Shown here piece by piece: positions 49,193 to 57,900 of a stretch of 60,145 nucleotides of DNA. The DNA lies in the NCBI GenBank assembly GCA_947467435.1, contig CANIIA010000006.1, positions 1-60,145 on the forward strand. The letters run 5' to 3'. How positions within the stretch are numbered: position 1 is the stretch's first letter; every line of letters begins with the position of its first letter. Origin of the DNA: Betaproteobacteria bacterium. GTDB taxonomy: Bacteria > Pseudomonadota > Gammaproteobacteria > Burkholderiales > SG8-39. The notes below the pieces were generated by a model, which saw only the letters and a list, made by a program, of their open reading frames with translations, made no database searches and was not told the origin of the DNA. Both the position numbers and the translations under genes were made by a program.

Positions 49193-51427
49193 TTACACCC
49201 GCCGCGCGCTCACCACGCCATTGACTTCTTTCACCACCGAGAGCGCTCTGCGTAGCTGCGCTAAATCAGCGACCTGAAACGTGAAACGCATATTGGCCTG
49301 ATCTTGCCGCGATTGCGTGTTGACTGCGGTGACGTTGATACGCTCGCGGGCCAACGCTTCGCTGATATCGCGCAACAAACCTTGACGGTCATTGGCCAGC
49401 ACCACCATTTCAACTTCAAATGTGCCTTCAGTACGCGCACCCCAATCCGCTTCAATCATGCGTTCGGCTTGTGTTTGCGCAAGATGCGTCAAACTCGCGC
49501 AATCGGCGCGATGAATCGTCACACCACGACCGCGGGTCACAAACCCACGAATCGGATCAGGCGGCACGGGCTTACAGCATTTGGCGAGCTGTGTCAGTAA
49601 CCGATCCAAGCCCACAATCAAAATGCCGCGATCACCTTGGCTGGTGCTTGAACGCGGGACCGGTGTCAACCGCGCGGTCTGTTGTGCGCTGTCATGCGAT
49701 TCGCCGTGCACCAAGGTACGGATCGCGATCTGTAATTGGCGCGTGTTGATTTCATCGCGCCCGACGGCAGCAAATAAATCATCGGGCTTATGAAACTCAA
49801 GTTGTGTGGCCAAGGCTTCGAGGCTCGCTTTGCCTTCGCCTTCGCGCGCCATTTCACGCTCTACCACCGCGCGTCCGGCGGCGATCGTTTCGCTCAGCGC
49901 GAGCGTGTTAAACCACTGCCGCACTTTGTGTCGTGCGCGCGAACTTTTAATGTATCCACGTTCTGCGTTTAACCAGTCGCGCGACGGACCGCCCGTTTTG
50001 GCTGACATGATTTCGACGCGCTGACCATTTACGAGTGGTTTATCTAACGGCACCATTTGCCCATCGACGCGTGCACCACGGCAACGGTGTCCTAAGTCGG
50101 TGTGTAAGGCATACGCAAAATCAATTGCGGTTGCGCCCGCAGGCAGATCAAGCACCTTGCCTTGCGGCGTAAACACATACACGGTGTCATCAAGTGAGGC
50201 GTGTTTAAATTGTTCGACCCACTCGTTGGTATCGGCAATTTCATCGCGCCAAGCAAGCAGCTGACGCAACCAAGCAATCTTTTCATCAAACACGCCCTCG
50301 GCGCGCGCGCCCCCGGCTTTTGCTATCGCGGCATCGGTTTCTTTGTAACGCCAATGCGCTGCCACGCCTAGCTCAGCATGCTCGTGCATTTCTTGGGTGC
50401 GAATCTGCACTTCAAGCGCACGGCCATCCGGGCCGATCACGGCGGTGTGTAACGAGCGATACATATTCGCTTTGGGTCGAGAAATGTAGTCATCAAATTC
50501 TTTTGGTATCGGCGTCCACAAATGGTGCACCAATCCCAACACGCTGTAGCAATCTTTGATCGATTCAACAATCACGCGAACGGCACGCACATCATGAATT
50601 TGGTCAAAGTCCAACCCCTTGTTGCGCATTTTTTTCCAGATGGAATATATGTGCTTGGGTCGGCCATCAATCTGCGCGGTAATTTCGGCGGATTGACATT
50701 CATGGCCAAGAATATCGATCACGCGCTGGATAAACGCCTCGCGCTCGCCACGCTTTTCATCGAGCATTTGTGCGATACGTTTGTATTCATCGCCATCTAA
50801 AAAGCGCAGCGCAAGATCTTCAATCTCCCACTTGAGTTGCCACATGCCTAAGCGATTTGCTAGCGGAGCATAAATATCCAGCGATTCTCTTGCAAAGGCC
50901 ATCCGCGTGTCGCTTGCATTCTTGGTCAGATAACGCAAGGTTTGTGCGCGACTGGCTAAGCGAATAATGACCACGCGAATGTCTTCGGCCATGGCCAACA
51001 CCATTTTGCGTAGCACTTCTGATTGCCGTGTTTGCTCATCGGCGTCGCGCTTATCGTCGAGCGCACCACCCCGCGTTTGCATGCGCAGTTGATACAGTTT
51101 TTCTACCCCTTGCGCGAGGCGAGCGATTTCTGCGCCAAAGGTTTCGCGCAATCGGTTTGCATCAGCGAGATATTTTGGTGCGGCAAACAACACGCCAGCT
51201 GCACGCACCGCTGGATCCATGCCCAACTTCACCAAGCTCGTGGCTAAACCCAGCGCATGCGGCCACACCGCTTCACCCGTAGACAGGGTTTGTCCTTCAT
51301 ACAACGGTTGCGCAAATTCCAGCGCGCGCGCGATGTTGCCGCGGTCTGCATCTGGCAGATCGGTGGCAAGTAAGTCGAGCACTGTTTCAGCAGCCGGGCG
51401 TGCGCTTGGGTCGGTGACTGATACCAT
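49193..51427 (-). CDS. relA: (p)ppGpp synthetase RelA
   Basis: Degenerate HD region, APLANRLG, GRPKHIYSI, EFDDYI, EVQIRT, AAHWRYKE, TGS, CCKP, ACT domains. Confidence 0.95.
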   Translation of the reverse strand: MVSVTDPSARPAAETVLDLLATDLPDADRGNIARALEFAQPLYEGQTLSTGEAVWPHALGLATSLVKLGMDPAVRAAGVLFAAPKYLADANRLRETFGAEIARLAQGVEKLYQLRMQTRGGALDDKRDADEQTRQSEVLRKMVLAMAEDIRVVIIRLASRAQTLRYLTKNASDTRMAFARESLDIYAPLANRLGMWQLKWEIEDLALRFLDGDEYKRIAQMLDEKRGEREAFIQRVIDILGHECQSAEITAQIDGRPKHIYSIWKKMRNKGLDFDQIHDVRAVRVIVESIKDCYSVLGLVHHLWTPIPKEFDDYISRPKANMYRSLHTAVIGPDGRALEVQIRTQEMHEHAELGVAAHWRYKETDAAIAKAGGARAEGVFDEKIAWLRQLLAWRDEIADTNEWVEQFKHASLDDTVYVFTPQGKVLDLPAGATAIDFAYALHTDLGHRCRGARVDGQMVPLDKPLVNGQRVEIMSAKTGGPSRDWLNAERGYIKSSRARHKVRQWFNTLALSETIAAGRAVVEREMAREGEGKASLEALATQLEFHKPDDLFAAVGRDEINTRQLQIAIRTLVHGESHDSAQQTARLTPVPRSSTSQGDRGILIVGLDRLLTQLAKCCKPVPPDPIRGFVTRGRGVTIHRADCASLTHLAQTQAERMIEADWGARTEGTFEVEMVVLANDRQGLLRDISEALARERINVTAVNTQSRQDQANMRFTFQVADLAQLRRALSVVKEVNGVVSARRV

Positions 51428-51500
51428 GCGAGTATTCTATTCTTGAACCTTGCCAAATCGACCGCTTGCATGGTGTTTGTCGATGACGGCGATGTGCCCC

Positions 51501-52409
51501 ATGTTTTTGCGCTTACCCCCTCCAATGCTGTTGATTATTGCGACGTTGTGCTGGGCCGGGCATTGGGTGGTCGCGCGGGCCACCATTAGTGAGGTCTCGC
51601 CTTTTGCGCTGTCGTTTTGGCGTTGGGGCGTTGCTAGCGTGGTGCTTGCTCCGTTTGCTTTTGCCGCACTTAAAGCGCAACGCCACTTATTTTTATCTTC
51701 ATGGAAAGTCGTGTTGGCCCTCAGCCTCACCGGCACGGGCATTTATAACGGCGTGGGTTATATCGGCATTCAATCCACGGCTGCAACCAACGCACTACTC
51801 ATTCAAGCCATGGCACCGGCGTTTATTCCGAGCGTTGCATTTTTAATACTGGGTGAACGCACACGATTGGTTGGCATCGTCGGGTTAGCGGTGTCTTTTT
51901 TTGGGGTGTTGATCATTGCATCCAAACTTGATCTTGAAGCGCTGCGCACACTCAACCTCAACCGCGGTGATCTTTGGGTGATGCTCAATGTGGTGTTTTG
52001 GGCCCTATACACCTTGGCCTTACGGTTTAAACCGTCCGCACTCGATAGCCTGGCACTGTTATTTATTTTGGCCGCGACCGGCGCGATACAAAGCTTTCCG
52101 TTTTATGTTTGGGAAGTCCATCAAGGGGCTGGCGTGCATTGGAACAGCGTCGCAATTGGCGGCATTTTATTTTTGGGCTGCATCCCTTCGGTGTTTGCCT
52201 ATCTTGCATGGAACCGCGCGGTGGCCGTCATTGGACCGGCTGGTGCAAGCCCGTATCTGTACCTCACGCCGGTGTTTGGTATTAGCGGGGCGTGGCTTTT
52301 ATTAGGCGAGCGTCTGCAGGATTATCACGTTGTGGGGATTGCTTTTATCTTGAGTGGCGTATGGCTCGCCTCAAAAAAACGCCTGCAACAAGACAGCAAA
52401 ACCATCTAG
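51501..52409 (+). CDS. EamA/DMT family transporter
   Basis: About ten TM segments in two EamA repeats (LSFWRW, LGER, GDLW, AYLAWN, LTPVFG). Confidence 0.88.
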   Translation: MFLRLPPPMLLIIATLCWAGHWVVARATISEVSPFALSFWRWGVASVVLAPFAFAALKAQRHLFLSSWKVVLALSLTGTGIYNGVGYIGIQSTAATNALLIQAMAPAFIPSVAFLILGERTRLVGIVGLAVSFFGVLIIASKLDLEALRTLNLNRGDLWVMLNVVFWALYTLALRFKPSALDSLALLFILAATGAIQSFPFYVWEVHQGAGVHWNSVAIGGILFLGCIPSVFAYLAWNRAVAVIGPAGASPYLYLTPVFGISGAWLLLGERLQDYHVVGIAFILSGVWLASKKRLQQDSKTI

Positions 52410-52531
52410 CCATCCACGCAAAAATCAGAAACAATCGGGACATCTTCAGCGCTTAACTTGCAGAAGCGCTTTTTTACTGCAGCACCGCATAAAACATCGA
52501 CGAGCACAATGCTCGCACCAAGGAGACGGAC

Positions 52532-53512
52532 ATGGGCAATCAGATTCGCGCGAATAGGCGCTTGCAACAATACTTAGTTGCTTTGGTGGTTGGCATCTTT
52601 AGCGTACTCACGCACGCACAATATCCCAACAAACCCATCAAGCTGATCGTTCCTTTTCCGGCCGGGGGTTCTGCAGACACCTCTGCACGCATTGTTGCGC
52701 AATCGATGTCTAACAGCATGGGGCAACCCATCATCGTAGAAAACCGCTCTGGCGCTGAAGGAGCCATCGCTGGTGAGTTTGTGACCAAAGCACCCGCAGA
52801 TGGATACACGCTATTTTTTGCGACCAACAGCGCCATGTCAGCAGTGCCGCACTTACGCAAAAACGTTCCTTACGATCCGATGCGTGATTTCACGCCGATT
52901 GTGTCGGTGGGTCGATTTACGTTTTTCTTATTCGTCCACAGCACCGTACCTGTCAACAATGTGCAACAACTGATCGACTATGCGCGCACTAATCCGGGAA
53001 AACTCGATTACGGCACGGGCAACACCACGAGTATTGTGGCAACAGCGGCGTTTAAAGCACTCACCAAAACCGAGATGGTGCACATCCCGTACAAAGGTGA
53101 TGCACCCGCGCTAGCGGATTTAGCAGCTGGTCGCGTGAAGATGATGTTTGCAACCCCCACAAGTATTTTGGGTCACGTCAAAGAAGGACGCGTCAAAGTG
53201 CTGGCTGTATTGCTCAATCAACGCAGCCCGTTGTTACCAGAAACGCCCACACTCGCCGAAGCCGGACTGCCTGGATTTAACATGGCGTCGTGGGGCGGAT
53301 TGTTTGGACCTCCTGGCATGCCACGCGAAATAGTCGATCGTATTGCACGTGAATCGAATGCAGCAATCAAACGTGCCGATGTGATCGACGGACTCGGACG
53401 TCAAGCCTACGTACCGCAGGGTTCAACCACTGAAGAATTTGCCGCGTTTGTAAAGCAGCAATACGGCATTTGGGGCCAAGCAATCCGTGATGCAGGGATA
53501 CAGCCGGAATAG
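52532..53512 (+). CDS. Bug/TctC tripartite tricarboxylate transporter solute-binding protein
   Basis: YPNKPIKLIVPFPAGG, ENRSGA, PADGYTL, HIPYKG, PTLAEAG. Confidence 0.93.
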   Translation: MGNQIRANRRLQQYLVALVVGIFSVLTHAQYPNKPIKLIVPFPAGGSADTSARIVAQSMSNSMGQPIIVENRSGAEGAIAGEFVTKAPADGYTLFFATNSAMSAVPHLRKNVPYDPMRDFTPIVSVGRFTFFLFVHSTVPVNNVQQLIDYARTNPGKLDYGTGNTTSIVATAAFKALTKTEMVHIPYKGDAPALADLAAGRVKMMFATPTSILGHVKEGRVKVLAVLLNQRSPLLPETPTLAEAGLPGFNMASWGGLFGPPGMPREIVDRIARESNAAIKRADVIDGLGRQAYVPQGSTTEEFAAFVKQQYGIWGQAIRDAGIQPE

Positions 53513-53752
53513 GGTATTTCTAGCCCCATCGCTTCAAATTTAGCCAGTTGGCTTTGTTTTTTTGGGGTTCGGGTAAACGTACTCGTCACCCCTAGACCTC
53601 ATACACTTTGCCCATGCGTCACGGAGCCGTTCTCCTGCAGGGTAATCGTCTTTCTCTTCAGGTCGCCGCGCCGCTTTGATTTGACTATCCGGAAACCCAA
53701 CGGCTTAGGGCTTCAGCCCCTGCAAACGGGATATCCGAATTGTGATGACTAA

Positions 53753-53947
53753 CTATTTTTGTTCAATAGGCCGCCCGCGCGAATCAACAGGCTGTCCGCG
53801 GGAGTTTTCGTAGCGGCCATTACGGTAGCTAATTTGCCCACCATCGTCCGGATGAGAGGCAGTTTCTCCGTAAAAAGAACAACCGACCAAAACCGTCTGA
53901 ACCGTAAAAATCATAACGACATTGAAAATATTTTTTAGCATATTCAT
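53753..53947 (-). CDS. 64-aa lipoprotein carrying a copy of the toxin C-terminal peptide
   Basis: Signal peptide with LVGC lipobox; 17 of 21 residues identical to the CdiA C-terminus; 21 bp downstream of the immunity candidate. Confidence 0.7.
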   Translation of the reverse strand: MNMLKNIFNVVMIFTVQTVLVGCSFYGETASHPDDGGQISYRNGRYENSRGQPVDSRGRPIEQK

Positions 53948-53968
53948 TCCAAGAAAATATTCATCAGT

Positions 53969-54949
53969 TTATTTAGCTACAGCTGGCTCAAGATTCAAGT
54001 ATGTATCGCAATAAGAATATGCTTTGTGGCGCTTCCCGTTTTGGGTTACTTCAATGCATTTCTGGCGTATGCGTTCAATGACGACCAGCCGCATGTTTTC
54101 TTGCTTACGTTCGTCCTCTTCTGTCCATGGTGCTATCTCTATTTTTTCAACCAAACGCCTGAACGCTCTCTCTATCGCAGCGAACGCCTCGGGGTGTTTG
54201 ATTGTTTCTTGGGTTGCACCTAGTACAAGTTGTAATACATAACCACTGTCGAGAATGTTGGTGTAGTAATACTTGTAACCGGTGGAGACGAAGTTAGGTG
54301 TCGGGATTTGTAGCTCGCGCTCGTGGATAATCCACGCGTTCTGACCGATAACTTCACCCCTTTGTGTAATGTTTAATTCAGCAAGCTTTGCAGCATCAAA
54401 CTCTTTTGACAACATGAACGGCTGGCGATCGTAAAAATTGAGTGATACAGATGCGCGTATACCCTTCCAAGCTGTAACACACATCGGCTTATACCCCACC
54501 TCGACAATTTCTTCTCTGATTATGTTGTCTGTATCAAGCGCACCGTTGGGCTTCCTCCCGTAGATTGGTCTGGTTTCTTTGATGCTTTTAAAGAACTGAT
54601 CAACCTTGTCGTACTTCGTTAGCTTTTCTTCTTTTAGAAAACGCTCGCTATACAAAGAACCATCAACCTCGATGATCGGCCGAAAATAGGTGGGTTTTAC
54701 CCCTGCAGCTTCCGGAAAATTTATATCTGACTCTAGCTCGCAACCATAAGGTAGCCATTGATGCGTAATTCGATACTTTCCAAGCAGCTTGATCGAACGC
54801 GTCATATACACGACACCTCGTTCATCAGGTATTGCAGGATCTGTAGCCCCTGGGCGTAGATATCGATCATCCAGGTTTTTGAAAAACTGCGGCGCACAAG
54901 CTGATGTGAGCACTCCCAGCAATCCAACTATCCATATTTTTTTCTTCAT
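53969..54949 (-). CDS. Putative CdiI-like immunity lipoprotein
   Basis: MKKKIWIVGLLGVLTSAC lipoprotein signal; ATGA overlap with toxin stop; AT-richer than the toxin repeats. Confidence 0.7.
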   Translation of the reverse strand: MKKKIWIVGLLGVLTSACAPQFFKNLDDRYLRPGATDPAIPDERGVVYMTRSIKLLGKYRITHQWLPYGCELESDINFPEAAGVKPTYFRPIIEVDGSLYSERFLKEEKLTKYDKVDQFFKSIKETRPIYGRKPNGALDTDNIIREEIVEVGYKPMCVTAWKGIRASVSLNFYDRQPFMLSKEFDAAKLAELNITQRGEVIGQNAWIIHERELQIPTPNFVSTGYKYYYTNILDSGYVLQLVLGATQETIKHPEAFAAIERAFRRLVEKIEIAPWTEEDERKQENMRLVVIERIRQKCIEVTQNGKRHKAYSYCDTYLNLEPAVAK

Positions 54950-57900
54950 TGTTGGGGGTCTAACAGGCGACCGCGCGAGTCAACCGGTTGCTGCTTCGCG
55001 TTCTCATAGCGACCATTTCGGTAATAGATCAATGTGCTGTTGTCTTGCACCGCACCCTCTGGCGCATTTGGTGAGAGCACCTGCACTTGTCGACACCCAG
55101 TCTGGCCGGTTCCATAGCAGCTGTGCATGCTGTTGATGGTGCTCAGTACGTTCCAAAAGTCTTTTAACGTTAAGACCCCCGGATTTCCGCCAATACCCAC
55201 AGACACAGGGTCATTCGCAAAGTAACTAAATTGGCTATTTTTCTCAAAGAGCACCTGATCTTTAATTACCCGTTCGGCTGCGTCAGTAAATTCTTTTCCG
55301 CCCACTGGGATGCCATCAGCCTTAGCAATTAAATTAGGATTGCTAAGGCCTTGGTTGGAAAGGATGTTGTATGCATTCATACCAACCGGCCCGCCTCGAC
55401 TATGAAGCTGGCTAACGGTGGCTGCATCACCTCTGGCAGCAAGTGCCTCTGCATACGCCTTATCTTGATTGGTATACCCCAAGGTTTTTGCCAAGGATGT
55501 TTCATATGCACCAACCATGAGTTCACTTATAAAGTTACTTGCAGGTTCGTAGTGCATTAAATAAATGGTTGTTGGTTTGTTTTCCTTTGACAAAGGTTTT
55601 CCATTTTGAGCTGTGCTATCAACTTGCTCAATTACGGCATTTTGCATGGCTAACTGTGCTGCACGTTCTAGCGGATTGAAAATTCCATTCACCGCGAGCA
55701 CTGCACCTGCCTCTGCTTGTGCAATCTGATTTCGAATTTCTTCAGGTGTTCCGGTCATCAGCACCGGTTTTCCCAGCTCAGGATTCTTTGTGCAATCTTC
55801 CCCCGGAGGGCACTGCACTTTGTAAAACTTGGGGTTTTCTTTGAACATCACGCGAAACGCTTCATCAGTCAGCGTTGTAATTGCTTGAACCGCTTGATTG
55901 GTAATCGCCCGATCGGCCTCTACTTGGCGTTTCAGGGCTTCTGCGTCTTGGCGTTGCACGGCAACTTGTGCTGCATTGGCATCTGTATTGATGCCGGCAA
56001 CCGTTTGGGCGCCGGTTTTGCCGGTCCGTTGTTGCTGACTCGCTTCATCGGTAATTGTCACGCTCGCTTGGCTGATGGTCGCCAAGGTATGTCCCGTTGC
56101 ATTACTCGATTCGCTTGCGTTATTGAGTGCGTTTCCAATGATTGCTTTTGCCGCGCTGTAATTTCCTGGATCAGTCAACAGCGATGCGTTTAATGTAATT
56201 CCACTACTGGTTGCCGAAGCACGCGCACTGTTCTGTAAATCAGAAGCGGTTAACGTTCCTGTGGTTAGGCTATTCTTCCCTTCGTCCACCGCACGGTCGC
56301 TACTGGTGATTGCGCCACCGGCTAAGCCGGTGTTGCCTTTGACGTTGACCGCAAACCCAGCATCCCCCGCGCGCAGTGCGGTTTGCTCAACCACGGATTG
56401 GTAATTACTGTCGACATTGGTGCGGCCCATGCTCAAGCTACCGCCCACGGGGCTTCCGGGGCCGGCATTTAAGCTCACCGACGCGCCCGCTGTGCGCGAT
56501 GTTTCGCGGCTGGTGCTCGTTTCTTGCAAGCTTTCAATTTGTAAGTTGCCGCCTACGTTGACCTCGACGCGCTGGGCGCCTGCCACCGCACCACGTAACT
56601 GCGTGTCGCCCCCCGAAGTCATTTGCAAGGTGTTGCCGGCTTCTAAATTGGTATTGGTGTAGGTCACGTCATTGGCTGTGCCGGCAGTGGTGCCTTTGCT
56701 TTGGCTCAACGTGATCGATGCCGCAGGTTTAGTAAATGTGCTCACGCTCACTCCAAGGCTGCTGCTTGAAGAACTGCCCTTGGATGTTTGATCGCTGGTG
56801 TTTTGTGCGGCGAGGAGTTGAACGGCGTTGTCTGCCTGCAACTTGATGGTGTTGCCGGCATTAACGGTGCTGCCTTGAATGGTGACGTTGCTCTCTGCGC
56901 CCGCGCCAGCGGCACGAATGCTGACGTTTTCTCCGGCGTTCACCGAAGAGCCAACCGCACGATCGATGGTTTGTACGCTTTGATTGTCGCTACGCGAGCT
57001 ACCCACACTGACGCTTAAACTCACGCCCCCCATTTGCTCCGGATTTTTTACGACTTGCTCTGCTGCCGTTGCCACAGCGATTCCGCTCGCGGCAAGCGCC
57101 AGTGCTTTCATGCGATCACTTTTTGTGTGGTCGGCCGCACTCGACATTTGACTCACGGTTTGCGCAGCGGTGAGCACCGCATTATTTGCACCAATGGTGA
57201 GTCCGCTTTGCGATGTATACGAATCGGTTTGCGTGCGCATGGTTTCGCGTGCTTCTAGAATTTGAACTGACTGCCCAGAAAACGCGACGTTACCTTGCGG
57301 AGCGATGACTTGGCTGCCTATTTGACGAAGTTTTTCACCTGCGGTGATCGTGACGTCGCCCTCAAGGCTGCCGATCACGCTACCAGTAGCGCGCTGTCCA
57401 GTGGCTTGAGTATTGGTACCGCTTTGTTGCGTACCGATGGTGATGTTGACGCCTCCGGAATGCAGGAGGCCGGATTTTTTTTCATCTCGTTGGTGGCTCT
57501 CACTGAAGTTGGTGGTCGCAGCTGTCACGTTGACATCCCGTGCCGCTGTGATGGCGGTTCCTGCGCTGCTCACCACTTGGCTGCCGGTGATCTGTACGTC
57601 CCGACCGGCGCTGATATTGACCCGATCACCCGACACACTGCTGGCAATCGCATTTTCTTGCGACTGCGTGTTGCGCGCGACCACTTCTTTGCTCGACCAC
57701 CAGCTACCCGAACTCACGCTGCGCGATGCGTGATCCAAACTTGTTTCCGAAACGCCCGACACCAAATTCACATCGCGACCCGCCGACAAGTTAACCGCGC
57801 CTTGTGCACTTGTAATCTCGGCGGCACGCGCATTGAGGTCGACACCCGCGCTTAGTTGTAGCGCACCAGTGGTTTGAATGCGACTACCGGTTTCGGTGCT

